64,000 nt of DNA from Candidatus Omnitrophota bacterium. GTDB taxonomy: Bacteria; Omnitrophota; Gorgyraeia; Gygaellales; Profunditerraquicolaceae. Positions 10,003 to 19,776 of this stretch are shown here, piece by piece (positions within the stretch are counted from its first letter, which is position 1; every line of letters starts with the position of its first letter). Made by a program: the position numbers and the translations under genes. The notes under the pieces are model-generated. The model worked only from the letters and a program-made list of their open reading frames with translations, was not told the DNA's origin and searched no databases. The stretch lies in contig JBAZGE010000002.1 in the NCBI GenBank assembly GCA_041653035.1, positions 17,451-81,450 of the forward strand. The letters are read 5' to 3'.

Positions 10003-10089
10003 TTCGTTAATCCCCTCCGCGCTCTTTTAAGATTTGGGCGGAATCAACGATATTAACGATATTAACGGAACCAACGACAATAACGATCC
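10003..10089. repeat. Array of five 9-nt-periodic AACGA repeats (AACGATATT AACGATATT AACGGAACC AACGACAAT AACGATCC) immediately preceding the start codon at 10090, with one upstream TCGTTAA
   Basis: Read directly. Same repeat unit and phasing as the 5186-5284 element. Confidence 0.8.
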
Positions 10090-11562
10090 ATGAGCATTTC
10101 TCCCGAATGGTTATCTAAGAACCGCCGGTTTCTGCAAGCCATCCTTGCTGTCGCGGCGAAGAAAAAAAAGACCCTCTACCTGGTGGGGGGGATCCTCCGC
10201 GACTCCTTTCTGAAACGGGAAAGAGAAAATCCTGATATTGATTTTTGCCTTAAACGGGGCGCTATCGCGCTGGCCGGAGAAACGGCCAAAGTATTGCGGG
10301 CGGGGTTTGTCGTTTTGGACGAAGAACACGGGTGCGGCCGGGTGGTGAAGAAAATGGGACGGCAGGTGTATACTTTTGATTTTACCGATTTCCGCGGTAA
10401 AGACCTCGCGGAAGATCTTCTTCACCGTGATTTCACCGTGAACAGTATGGCAATGGAACTGGAGGCTTTATTTCGTGCAAAGAAAATTTCCAATGGTCTG
10501 CTTATTGATCCGTGGGGAGGCCTCCGCGATATCCGTTCTCGTACCATCCGCCTGGTGCATAAAGACGGGTTCGACGAAGATCCGTTACGGATCCTGCGCG
10601 CGTTCAGTTTTGCCGCGCTGCTGGGGTTTCAGATCGAAGAGGGAACGTTGAAGCTGGCCTGTTCGAAACGCGGCAAGATCGCTTCCGTTTCCGGGGAGCG
10701 GATACGCGATGAATTTTTTAAGATTTTATCAACGCAACGGACGTACGATTTTCTGTGCCGGCTCGATAAATACGGGATCCTGGAGCTTCTTTTCCCCGAA
10801 ATAGTGCCCATGCGTACTATGAAACAAGGGGCGTATCATCATTTGGATGTGTGGGGGCATACCCTGGAGACAGTCAGGCATCTGGAGCTGTGCGTAAAAA
10901 GTTTCGAAAGGAAGCCGGAGATAAGCGCGTATCTGGAAGAGGAAATATCTTTCGGGCGCCGCCGGCGCGAACTGTTAAAACTGGCCGCCCTTTTGCATGA
11001 CATAGGGAAGCCGAAAACCCTGCGCGTCGAAAAGGGGAAAGTGCAGTTTCACGGGCACGAACGGGTGGGGTCGCAGATGTTCAGGGATGTCGGAGAGCGC
11101 ATGAAACTTTCCAATGAAGAGGTGCGGTTGATACGGCAGATAATTTTTCTGCATCTGCGTCCGGGGTATCTGGTGACTAATGCAATGGTCACGCCGCGCG
11201 CGAAATTCAGATTCTTCCGTGACGCGGGCACAGAGGCGGCCGGTATACTCCTGCTTTCACTGGCGGATCAGCGTGCTACCAAGGGGTATCCGATGCTTGA
11301 AAAAACGCGCGGCCGCCACGAGCGGACCGGGCAGGCTTTGATCCGGGAATATTTCCATAAGCAGAAAGAGGAGAAACTCGAACGTCTGGTGAACGGGCAT
11401 GATATCATAAAAGCGTTCAGCCTGGGATCGTCGCCGGTGATCGGGAAAATTTTAAGAGATCTGGAAGAGTTACAGGCGATCGGAAAAATCAAGACTAAAG
11501 AGGAGGCGTTACGAACCGCTGCCAAATTGCTGCAAAAACATTCTCCTTCGCAAAAGAAATGA
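10090..11562 (+). CDS. cca: CCA-adding tRNA nucleotidyltransferase (class II PolA-like head plus HD domain)
   Basis: LYLVGGILRDSFLKRE..DIDF nucleotidyltransferase motif. HD domain (HHLDVWGHTL ... LHDIGK). Confidence 0.7.
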   Translation: MSISPEWLSKNRRFLQAILAVAAKKKKTLYLVGGILRDSFLKRERENPDIDFCLKRGAIALAGETAKVLRAGFVVLDEEHGCGRVVKKMGRQVYTFDFTDFRGKDLAEDLLHRDFTVNSMAMELEALFRAKKISNGLLIDPWGGLRDIRSRTIRLVHKDGFDEDPLRILRAFSFAALLGFQIEEGTLKLACSKRGKIASVSGERIRDEFFKILSTQRTYDFLCRLDKYGILELLFPEIVPMRTMKQGAYHHLDVWGHTLETVRHLELCVKSFERKPEISAYLEEEISFGRRRRELLKLAALLHDIGKPKTLRVEKGKVQFHGHERVGSQMFRDVGERMKLSNEEVRLIRQIIFLHLRPGYLVTNAMVTPRAKFRFFRDAGTEAAGILLLSLADQRATKGYPMLEKTRGRHERTGQALIREYFHKQKEEKLERLVNGHDIIKAFSLGSSPVIGKILRDLEELQAIGKIKTKEEALRTAAKLLQKHSPSQKK

Positions 11563-11667
11563 AAAGCATTTCTTTTGCTTCGGAGAATCATTCAATAGTC
11601 GATATTCTGCGAAGCAAAACCAACAATTCTATCGGTTTTGCGCAGCGGAAAACTTCCGGAGGCCGAT

Positions 11668-12309
11668 GTGGAAAAAGAAAAACTTAGCGTAATGGATAAA
11701 GATATCCTTACGGAGATCGGCAGTATTTGCGCCGGCAATGCCGCCACTGCGCTCGCCCAGCTCTTGAATAAGAGTTTTTCACTGCAGTTTCCCGGCGTTA
11801 AATTCGTCAATATCGCCAAACTGCCTTATTATCTGGGGGGGGATCCCGAGGAGGTTATTTTGGGCCTCCATATGCAGATACTGGGAGGTATCCGCGGCAA
11901 CGCCCTGATGATTTTTCCCCGCAAGGAAGCTTTCGCGCTGATCGGCATTCTAATCGGGCCTCTGGAGGAAAAATCCTATAATCCTACTGAACTTGGTATT
12001 TCGGCTTTGAAAGAGATGGGCAACGTGGTTATCTCTTCATATCTATCCGCGCTCTCCGCGTTTACCGGTGTATCCGCATTTTCTTCGACCGTGAACCTTG
12101 CCAGCGGCGCTTCACGCTATCTGGTTAATCTTATCTTCACGGGTTTGGGAAAGGCCGAGATTACGGATGTATTGTTTATTGAAGCGGTATTCCAGGAGAA
12201 TACGAGGGCTCTGGCCGGGAAATTTTATATCATTTTTGATGCCAAGTCTATCGTGACTATATTGAAAAAAGCGAAAGGCCTGCTTGAAAAGAAGAGAAAA
12301 AATAAATGA
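11668..12309 (+). CDS. CheC/CheX/FliY-family (chemotaxis phosphatase-like) protein
   Basis: EIGSICAGNAATALAQLL and later GNVVISSYLSALS repeats typical of CheC-like folds. GTG at 11668 has a GGAGG 5 nt upstream; an ATG at 11692 is the alternative start. Confidence 0.55.
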   Translation: MEKEKLSVMDKDILTEIGSICAGNAATALAQLLNKSFSLQFPGVKFVNIAKLPYYLGGDPEEVILGLHMQILGGIRGNALMIFPRKEAFALIGILIGPLEEKSYNPTELGISALKEMGNVVISSYLSALSAFTGVSAFSSTVNLASGASRYLVNLIFTGLGKAEITDVLFIEAVFQENTRALAGKFYIIFDAKSIVTILKKAKGLLEKKRKNK

Positions 12310-12434
12310 GCGGGTTTTTGCAGATCGCCCGGTATCTTCAGGAAGCCGGTTTTGAAATAGGGTATATAGATTGTCTGGATCGGTTCCACCCCGCGCTTGG
12401 ATCTTTTTTAGGCTCTCAGTGGCTTCCTGCCCGT

Positions 12435-12513
12435 AAAAAAAGGGGACGGTTCTATTTTTTATTTTTTAACTCCCGGTCGAGAGCGAAAAAATAGAACCGT
12501 CCCCTTTTTTTTT
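12435..12513. terminator. Palindromic A7-GGGGACGGTTCTAT-T6 / A6-ATAGAACCGTCCCC-T8 hairpin, bidirectional intrinsic-terminator architecture (copy 1, 25-nt loop)
   Basis: Perfect about 20-bp inverted repeat flanked by an A-run on one side and a T-run on the other. Near-identical copy at 24616-24674. Confidence 0.75.
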
Positions 12514-12631
12514 ACCCTTGTGCCTTTGTGCCTTTCCCGTTCCGAGGATTTTCCGTGCAATTATCTAATGAGGGTATTTAGGTTGCTTTGCGGAATGATT
12601 TGGGATACAATGATATCCCTTGGAGGCAATT

Positions 12632-13129
12632 ATGGATGCGTTGGAACTGATCCGGGAACGGCGGTCAATCCGGGAATATAAGGAAAAAATGCCCGCGGAT
12701 AAGGATATTGAGAAAATCCTTGATGCCGGCAGGTGGGCGCCTTCGGGATTGAATAACCAGCCGTGGAAATTCAAGGTGATCAAAGACCGCAAGCAGAAAG
12801 ATAAGCTTGCGGAGTTCACCAAATACGGGGATATTATCGTATCCGCGCCGGTTGTCATTGCGGTATTGATGGATACGGCCGATTCTTATAACCGCGACAA
12901 GGACTTGATGGCCATCGGAGCCTGCATACAGAACATGCTGCTTCAGGCCTCTTCCGTAGGCGTAGGGACATGTTGGCTGGGAGAGGCGCTGAACCGGAAA
13001 GAGGAAATTAGAGAGTTTTTACGCCTGGATAAGGATCTGGAACTGATGGCTCTGGTAACTCTTGGATATTCTAATGAGGATATGACTGAGAGCTGCCGCA
13101 GATCCCTTAAGGAATTGATCATAGAATAA
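12632..13129 (+). CDS. Nitroreductase-family flavoprotein
   Basis: LIRERRSIREY...RWAPSGLNNQPWKF motif. GGAGG 5 nt upstream of the ATG at 12632. Confidence 0.8.
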   Translation: MDALELIRERRSIREYKEKMPADKDIEKILDAGRWAPSGLNNQPWKFKVIKDRKQKDKLAEFTKYGDIIVSAPVVIAVLMDTADSYNRDKDLMAIGACIQNMLLQASSVGVGTCWLGEALNRKEEIREFLRLDKDLELMALVTLGYSNEDMTESCRRSLKELIIE

Positions 13130-13159
13130 TAAAGCTGCACAAACAGGAGGAGGGGAGAC

Positions 13160-13498
13160 ATGGAACAGAAAGATCTGGGGAAAAGCTCTCTGGGGATGGA
13201 TGCGAACGTGGCGGCGTTGTTGAGTTATCTGCTGGGTTTTATCACCGGGATCATTTTTTACGTTTTGGAAAAAGAGAATAAATTCGTGCGTTTTCACGCT
13301 ATGCAGTCTATCATTGTTTTTGGTTTCTTATTTGTCGTGGGTATGGTAGCGTTTGTGGTGCCGTTCATCGGGCCGTTTATTTCCGTTCTGGCGAATCTTG
13401 CCGGGTTGGTTTTATGGGTGATCCTCACGATAAAAGCGTACCAGGGTGAAAAATTCAAGCTGCCGGTGGCGGGAGATATCGCGGAACAAAAAGCATAA
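13160..13498 (+). CDS. DUF4870-like small membrane protein
   Basis: MDANVAALLSYLLGFITGIIFYVLEK...FVRFHAMQS pattern. Three TM helices. AGGAGGAGG Shine-Dalgarno. Confidence 0.6.
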   Translation: MEQKDLGKSSLGMDANVAALLSYLLGFITGIIFYVLEKENKFVRFHAMQSIIVFGFLFVVGMVAFVVPFIGPFISVLANLAGLVLWVILTIKAYQGEKFKLPVAGDIAEQKA

Positions 13499-13573
13499 GT
13501 ATTTCCTCAACCGTTCATCTGAATTCGATATACGGCTTCGGAATAGGCATGTGGCGGCGTAATCGAGCTGAAT

Positions 13574-13963
13574 ATGACCTCTCTGTTGAAACTGATAAAA
13601 CTCTGGGTTCCTGTCCTGCTGTGGGGGGCGTTGATTTATCACCTTTCCGGTATCCCCAATTTGTGTATTTCTACCGGGATATGGGGTTTTGTATTAAGGA
13701 AAGCCGCCCATATCGCTGAATTTTTTGTTTTAACCCTGCTTTTGTACCGCGCCTTCGGGGAAACATTCGATTTGTCCCCGTTGTATCTGTTTATTTATCC
13801 CGCGGGATTATCTATCCTTTATGCTGTTTCGGATGAGATCCACCAGTTTTTTACTCCTTCCAGGGTCTGTTCTTTCTGCGATGTAATTGTTGATTCTGCC
13901 GGGATCCTTTTTTTCTTTATCATTATCAGATTTAAGAAGATACAGCTCTCAAAAGCCGCGTAA
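13574..13963 (+). CDS. VanZ-like family membrane protein
   Basis: About 130-aa four-TM protein with KAAHIAEFFVLTLLLYRA and DEIHQFF motifs typical of VanZ-like proteins. Confidence 0.55.
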   Translation: MTSLLKLIKLWVPVLLWGALIYHLSGIPNLCISTGIWGFVLRKAAHIAEFFVLTLLLYRAFGETFDLSPLYLFIYPAGLSILYAVSDEIHQFFTPSRVCSFCDVIVDSAGILFFFIIIRFKKIQLSKAA

Positions 13964-14284
13964 TTAGCAGATAAATAAGCGTGCCCCGATAGAGAAATAT
14001 TCTTCAACGGGGTAAACTTTCTTCTTCCTTTTTGTGTCTAATATATAGGAAGGAATGCTGGATTATTCGTTTTAAATAGGTTATAATAAAAGAGAATTCA
14101 TGTTTCGATTTGCCCCTATAGCAGAGCGAAAAACGGTGGCCATTGATTTCGATATGCAGAGGGAGATGATTTTTGATTCTGCTCCCGAATTTCAGGCAAG
14201 AGTATATATGGATGGATTGCAGCTTGCGTTTTAGCAGAATCAAAGTTCTTAAGGGGGCCAGCGGTCGCAGTCTTCAAATTTCCT

Positions 14285-14313
14285 TGACCGTAGCCGGTTC
14301 TTATGGTAAACTT
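14285..14313 (+). promoter_or_regulatory. Candidate sigma70 promoter (TTGACC-17-TAAACT) for the sugar-uptake/hydrolase locus
   Basis: Hexamers with 17-nt spacer, 62 nt upstream of ATG 14375, which has an AAGGAGG Shine-Dalgarno. Confidence 0.4.
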
Positions 14314-14374
14314 TTAATCTATTTTCTTTAAACGGGCAACCGGAAATTTAAGGGCATATTTAAGGAGGAAGAAA

Positions 14375-15718
14375 ATGCAAGCCGCGGCTTCTTGGGGAGG
14401 GAAACGAATACTGGGATTATTGGTTTTTGTCTTTATCGCGTTCATTGCAGGGGGATGTTCTTCAGGGATTTCTGACACGAGAAAAGCACCCGGTGAGCAG
14501 TTGGTTACGGTCTGGCATTGGATGACCGATAGACAGGCCGGCTTGGAAGAGTTAGGGAAAAGGTATACTGAAAAAACCGGAGTTAAAGTCAATTTCGAAC
14601 TTTACGCGCCTTCCGATGCGTATACACAAAAAGTCCGCGCGGCCGCGCATGGTCAGAATCTTCCGGATATATTCGGCATACTCGCTGAGAAGAGGGATTT
14701 CGCTTCATTTATCAAAGCCGGGCATGTTGCAGATCTTACTTCTTATGTGGATGCGGATGGAGGTAAATGGCGGGAGAGATTTTTCCCTAAGGCTTTGGCA
14801 GTAAATGAGTTTTTGCCGAGCAATAGTTTCGGTGTGAAAGCGGGAATATACGGGGTTCCTATAGACGTTTCTACCATTCAAATGGTCTTTAATAAAGATT
14901 TATTGAAGCAGATCGGAGGCAATCCGGAAAAACCGCCGGTAACCTTTGATGAGTTTTTAGCCCTTGGCCCCAAGATAAAGGGCGCGGGTTTGCAAGGTTT
15001 GGTTTCAGGGTGGGCGGAAATATGGATGATCGATTGTTTGGCAAATAATTATGCCTTTAATATCATGGGAAAAGACAAAGTTATGTCGACCTTACGAGGG
15101 GAGGTCCCTTATACCGATCCCGACTGGATTCGGGTATTTGGGCTGTTTAAAAAGATGCAGGATTCCGGTATATTGGCAAACGGGATTGTTACTATGATCA
15201 ATAAAACCTCTGAACAACTGTTTGCTAATGGGAAAGCGGTTTTTGCTTTTAACGGGTCCTGGGGAGTGAACGTGTATAAGAACATGAATCCCAATTTAAA
15301 TTACGGGGTTATGCTGCCGCCCAAGGCGTCTGAGAAATACCCTATGGCTGTCTGGGGCGGGGCGGGATCTTCTTTTTTGGTCAGCGAACGTTCGAAAAAT
15401 AAAGAAGAGACTATAAAATTCCTGGAATGGCTGACGGATAGAGACCAGCAGGCATATCTTTCTGAAGTTACGAATAATCTGCCTGCGAATAAGGAGTGTT
15501 TAACCGTTATTCCGGGTCCCCTGGCGCAGTTTGCCGATGACATGGACTTTACCACGCATCCGAATACGTGGGATGTTTCGGAATTTCCCGCTGTCACTGA
15601 GGCATTCAACAAGGGCATCCAGAGGATAATTCTTGGAGAGAAAACCCCTGAACAGATCGGACGTGAAGTCCAAGAGGTAAAAGAAAGAGAACTGGCAAAA
15701 AATAATAAACAGCAATAG
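14375..15718 (+). CDS. ABC transporter extracellular solute-binding lipoprotein (CUT1 sugar family)
   Basis: Lipoprotein signal (…FIAGGCSSG) and overall family-1 SBP pattern. Followed by two MalF/MalG-type permeases. Confidence 0.8.
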   Translation: MQAAASWGGKRILGLLVFVFIAFIAGGCSSGISDTRKAPGEQLVTVWHWMTDRQAGLEELGKRYTEKTGVKVNFELYAPSDAYTQKVRAAAHGQNLPDIFGILAEKRDFASFIKAGHVADLTSYVDADGGKWRERFFPKALAVNEFLPSNSFGVKAGIYGVPIDVSTIQMVFNKDLLKQIGGNPEKPPVTFDEFLALGPKIKGAGLQGLVSGWAEIWMIDCLANNYAFNIMGKDKVMSTLRGEVPYTDPDWIRVFGLFKKMQDSGILANGIVTMINKTSEQLFANGKAVFAFNGSWGVNVYKNMNPNLNYGVMLPPKASEKYPMAVWGGAGSSFLVSERSKNKEETIKFLEWLTDRDQQAYLSEVTNNLPANKECLTVIPGPLAQFADDMDFTTHPNTWDVSEFPAVTEAFNKGIQRIILGEKTPEQIGREVQEVKERELAKNNKQQ

Positions 15719-15738
15719 GATTAGAGGATTTAAAACGC

Positions 15739-16617
15739 ATGAAAATAAAATCCGTTTTAGAAAATTACCTTTTTATCCTTCCCGCAGTCACCATTTTTCT
15801 GATATTTTACATTATTCCGTTCATCTGGGTTTTTCAACTGGGATTTTATGACTGGAACGGCATCGATCTTTCCAAGTCTTTCGTGGGGGTGGCGAATTTT
15901 AAAGAAGTTTTGGTGCAAGACCCCAGCTGGTGGCAGTCGGTGCTGAACGCCGGGTATATCACTATTATTGCGCTTATTTTTCAGAATATCCTCGCGTTCC
16001 TGCTGGCGGTTGCCTGTGACCGGGAAATACGCCTAAAGAATTTTTACCGGCTTGTATTTTTCATACCGCCGGTTTTATCGGAGATCGTGGTCGGTATGGC
16101 ATGGAAGTTTATCATTAATGACATAGACGGGGCCAATATCGTCAACCGGATGTTTATATCGATGGGGTTATCGCAGTGGGCGCATAACTGGCTTTCTGAT
16201 CCTAAGACTGCTTTGACCACGGTGGCGCTGGTGCATTGTTGGAAAGGGTTCGGCTGGGGTTTCCTGATCTTTCTTGCCGGCCTGCAGACTATTCCCAAGG
16301 AATTGTATGAGGCCGCGCGTGTCGACGGCGCGAATGCCTGGCATAGTTTTAAGCATATTACAATTCCTATGATGGTTCCGGTTATTGCCCTGGTGGGAAT
16401 CCTGACTATTCTGGGGTCCATGCAGGCGTTTGTTTTGATCATGGGCCTGGTGGGAGGGGAATTTGCCGGGCATACTTCGGTACCGGTTCTGAGGATCCTG
16501 GCCTCTATGCAGGGTTCTTCCCGTTTTGGGTACGCCTGCACGCAAGGGATTGTCTTTGGGGTCATTCTCATGATGGTTTCATTTATTCAGTATCGTTTTT
16601 CAAAAAAAAGGGCATAA
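15739..16617 (+). CDS. Carbohydrate ABC transporter permease (MalF/UgpA-like)
   Basis: Six TM helices and an EAA-like loop (ELYEAARVDGANAWHSFKHITIP). Confidence 0.85.
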   Translation: MKIKSVLENYLFILPAVTIFLIFYIIPFIWVFQLGFYDWNGIDLSKSFVGVANFKEVLVQDPSWWQSVLNAGYITIIALIFQNILAFLLAVACDREIRLKNFYRLVFFIPPVLSEIVVGMAWKFIINDIDGANIVNRMFISMGLSQWAHNWLSDPKTALTTVALVHCWKGFGWGFLIFLAGLQTIPKELYEAARVDGANAWHSFKHITIPMMVPVIALVGILTILGSMQAFVLIMGLVGGEFAGHTSVPVLRILASMQGSSRFGYACTQGIVFGVILMMVSFIQYRFSKKRA

Positions 16618-16627
16618 GGCAGCTCAT

Positions 16628-17476
16628 ATGAAAACTCAGGTTTATTATCAAGCTAAGAAGATTGGGATTAACGCGCTTATTCACGCGTTTTTAATTTCGG
16701 TGGTCATTACCTGCCTGTATCCGTTATTATGGATGGTGGCTTCCAGCCTTAAGACGCAGGATACTATTTTTAAGGATATTTCCCTCATTCCCAAAGAATT
16801 CCATTGGGAAAATTATCCGCGCGCCTGGCAGGAAGGCGGTTTCGGGAGGTATTTTTTAAACAGTATTTTTTATACTATATCGGTGGTCACAGGAATAGTG
16901 CTTGTTTCTTCTCTGGCGGCATACGCGTTTTCCCGCCTGTCCTTTCCCGGGAAAAATTTCATTTTTTATATATTTATAGCCGCTATGATGATTCCCCTCC
17001 CGGGGAGTTTTGTGGCTTTGTACGTTCTGCTCAATAAACTGCACCTGCGCAATACCGAGGTGGGGTATATCTTGTGTATGATAAACGTGGGTTTATCCAC
17101 GAGTATATTCCTCTTAAAGACTTTTTTTGATAAACTGCCCCATGAACTGGAGGATGCCGCGCGCATTGATGGATGTTCTAAATTCGGTATCTGGTGGCAT
17201 GTCGCTTTGCCGCTGGCAAAACCGGTATTGGCGGTGGTTATTGTTTTCAATACTCTCAACGTATGGAATGAGTATGTCCTTGCGTTGATCATATTTGATT
17301 CACGGGCTAAGATGCCGCTTCAGGTTGCCATAAACAGATTCTGGGGAGAGTTCGCCACCAATTATCCTCTCTTGATGGCCGGGTTAACCATAACCGCTCT
17401 TCCTATTATAATCGTGTACCTCTTGATGCAGAAATATATCGTTAAAGGGGTGACACAAGGGGCTGTGGTTGGATGA
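16628..17476 (+). CDS. Carbohydrate ABC transporter permease (MalG/UgpE-like)
   Basis: EAA motif ELEDAARIDGCSKFGIWWHVALPLAKP. Confidence 0.85.
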   Translation: MKTQVYYQAKKIGINALIHAFLISVVITCLYPLLWMVASSLKTQDTIFKDISLIPKEFHWENYPRAWQEGGFGRYFLNSIFYTISVVTGIVLVSSLAAYAFSRLSFPGKNFIFYIFIAAMMIPLPGSFVALYVLLNKLHLRNTEVGYILCMINVGLSTSIFLLKTFFDKLPHELEDAARIDGCSKFGIWWHVALPLAKPVLAVVIVFNTLNVWNEYVLALIIFDSRAKMPLQVAINRFWGEFATNYPLLMAGLTITALPIIIVYLLMQKYIVKGVTQGAVVG

Positions 17477-19776
17477 AAAACCTATTTTTGAAAAGGCGCA
17501 GAGCGCGCAGTATCCTGTTCCCGTTGTTTTTGTTTGTATTGACGGCCGGTGCCGCTTCCGGAGCGGAGAAATTACCCGCACCTGAGCTGATCGCAAAGGC
17601 CTGGGATATGCAGGGGAAGAGGCAGTTTGACAAGGTCTTTGATTTTACCCAGGCTTGTATCGATACCTATAAACAGGAAGCCGACCGGCAGCACGCGGCG
17701 CTGACAAGTTATCCCTCTACGGTAACTGAACCTTTGACCAGCGTTGCGCTTTCTTATTTTATCCAGGCAGAGGCGTTAATGCGCCAGCAGAAGTGGGAAG
17801 ATGCGGTCAAGAAATTCCAATTCGTCGGTGATCATTATCGTTTCGCGGTCGCGTTTGATCCTTCCCGGGGGGTTTACTGGAAGATCGCCGAGGTCGCTCA
17901 GGAAAGTATAATCAAGATTAAAACGATCGTGAATGGAGATACCTTCGGAGACGAAGCGGGAGTCAAAATTTCCGTTCCCCGGATTCCGATCACGCTCTTT
18001 GACGGCGGAACCGAAGAAGCGGTTGATTATAATAAGTACGGAGAATTCTCCGGCGTCGGCACCCGTGAGTATACGTATTGTATCAAGGATCAGGAGGGCC
18101 TGGCCAAAGCCGTCGGCGAAGGTATTTATCCAAATACGGTTTCCGTAAAAAAAGACCCTGTGTTCATCAGGGCGATTAAGGAGAAACGGCTCGAGGGCAG
18201 CCATTGGGATTTTGTTAATTCTCATGATTACCAGGCCGCTTTTCTGAAATGGGCGAACGCTCCTGAACCACCTGGTGTGCGGTTGTTTTACACGGGGTTG
18301 ATTCTGGAAAAGGCGGGGCTTATACAACACGCTATTAAGTGTTATTATGCGATTGTCATACATTTCCCGGGCAGTTATGGCTGGACATATTGGCATACGC
18401 CGTGGTATGTGGGACAGGCGGCAATATCCAAGATCAATTTTTTGCTGCGCCGGAATCCTCAGTTGGGATACAAATTGGAAGGCGCGGATATCACTGTTAT
18501 TAATGGTTTTGATAATGATGTCTCCAACGATGTCGTGATCACCAAACCGGGTATTTTCGTTAAAACAGATTCGGGATCGGCGGCTGAGGTTGTGTGCGAT
18601 CTCTCGGGCATTGAGAAAACCGTGGGTACCGGCAGGGTTAATCTTGTGCAGTTGAAGAACGGGGACTGGCAGTTGATGGTGGACAAAAAACCCTATGTGG
18701 TCAAAGGGGTGACCTACGCCCCGGTAAAAATAGGTCAGTCTCCGGATGAGGGTACGTTGGGTAATTGGATGGAAGAAGATTTTAACCGAAACAGGAAAAT
18801 TGACGGGCCCTATGATGCTTTTGTAGACAAAAACGGGAATAATCTGCAGGATAAGGAAGAACCTTCGGTGGGGGATTTCGCCCTTATGAAAGAAATGGGG
18901 GTCAATACTTTGAGGATGTACCATATGCCCAGCACGCCGAACAAGGAATTGTTGCGGGATCTTTACAAAAATTACGGCATTATGGTGATTATGGGCGATT
19001 TCCTGGGAAAGTATACTATCGGTTCGGGAGCGCCGTGGAACCCCGGGACCGATTATAACAATGAAGAACATAAGAAGAATATGCTGCAATCCGTGACTGA
19101 GATGGTTCGGGAGTTTAAAGATGAACCTTATATTTTATTTTGGCTGCTGGGGAATGAGAATGTGTACGGGGTAGGGTGTAATGCCGATAAAGAGCCTGAA
19201 GTTTTCTTCCGGTTCGCGAATGAGGCCGCCCGGCAGATCAAAACGATAGACCCTAACCATCCGGTGGCGATCTGCAGCGGCGATGTTTTATTCCTGGATC
19301 GTTTCTCAAAAAATGCCCCGGATATAGATATATTCGGGACGAACGCGTACCGGGGCGGGTACGGGTTTGGTTTTTTGTGGAGGCAAATAAAGGACTTGGC
19401 TGATAAGCCGGTATTCATCACTGAATATGGCTGTCCTGCGTATGCGGAAGGGAGCTCTCTGGAAGAAGCGGAAGACATGCAGGTTGAGTATCACCGCGGC
19501 TGCTGGGAAGATATCGAATTGAACATGGCGGAATCCGGGGGCGCGGGAAATTCCATCGGCGGCGTGATCTTTGAATGGCTGGATGAATGGTGGAAAGCAT
19601 ATGAGCCTTGGATCCATGACCGTAAGGGGTATTTCACCGGGCCGTTTCCGGACGGATATATGCATGAAGAATGGCTGGGTCTCTGCGGCCAGGGGAAAGG
19701 AAAAATGAGCCCGTACCTGAGGCATTTACGCAAGGTTTATTTTTCGTATAAAGATATGTGGAGTAAGTATAAATAA
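17473..19776 (+). CDS. Secreted 767-aa protein: N-terminal helical/repeat region plus C-terminal clan GH-A (GH2/GH5-like TIM-barrel) glycoside-hydrolase-like domain
   Basis: Signal peptide. C-terminal half has MKEMGVNTLRMYH, acid/base-type LGNEN and nucleophile-type ITEYG motifs, and a W-rich FEWLDEWWK. Paralogous to 21121..22464. Confidence 0.6.
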   Translation: MKNLFLKRRRARSILFPLFLFVLTAGAASGAEKLPAPELIAKAWDMQGKRQFDKVFDFTQACIDTYKQEADRQHAALTSYPSTVTEPLTSVALSYFIQAEALMRQQKWEDAVKKFQFVGDHYRFAVAFDPSRGVYWKIAEVAQESIIKIKTIVNGDTFGDEAGVKISVPRIPITLFDGGTEEAVDYNKYGEFSGVGTREYTYCIKDQEGLAKAVGEGIYPNTVSVKKDPVFIRAIKEKRLEGSHWDFVNSHDYQAAFLKWANAPEPPGVRLFYTGLILEKAGLIQHAIKCYYAIVIHFPGSYGWTYWHTPWYVGQAAISKINFLLRRNPQLGYKLEGADITVINGFDNDVSNDVVITKPGIFVKTDSGSAAEVVCDLSGIEKTVGTGRVNLVQLKNGDWQLMVDKKPYVVKGVTYAPVKIGQSPDEGTLGNWMEEDFNRNRKIDGPYDAFVDKNGNNLQDKEEPSVGDFALMKEMGVNTLRMYHMPSTPNKELLRDLYKNYGIMVIMGDFLGKYTIGSGAPWNPGTDYNNEEHKKNMLQSVTEMVREFKDEPYILFWLLGNENVYGVGCNADKEPEVFFRFANEAARQIKTIDPNHPVAICSGDVLFLDRFSKNAPDIDIFGTNAYRGGYGFGFLWRQIKDLADKPVFITEYGCPAYAEGSSLEEAEDMQVEYHRGCWEDIELNMAESGGAGNSIGGVIFEWLDEWWKAYEPWIHDRKGYFTGPFPDGYMHEEWLGLCGQGKGKMSPYLRHLRKVYFSYKDMWSKYK

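Noticed and set aside
12306-12494. 62-aa ORF as a bona fide gene
   Set aside because: It reads straight through the palindromic terminator, and its C-terminal half is a translation of the hairpin and A/T runs. At most it is a gene remnant, as noted in the findings.
17776-19089. 437-aa minus-strand ORF antisense to the 767-aa hydrolase-like gene
   Set aside because: It is fully nested antisense to a gene with clear catalytic motifs, has no Shine-Dalgarno and no domain.
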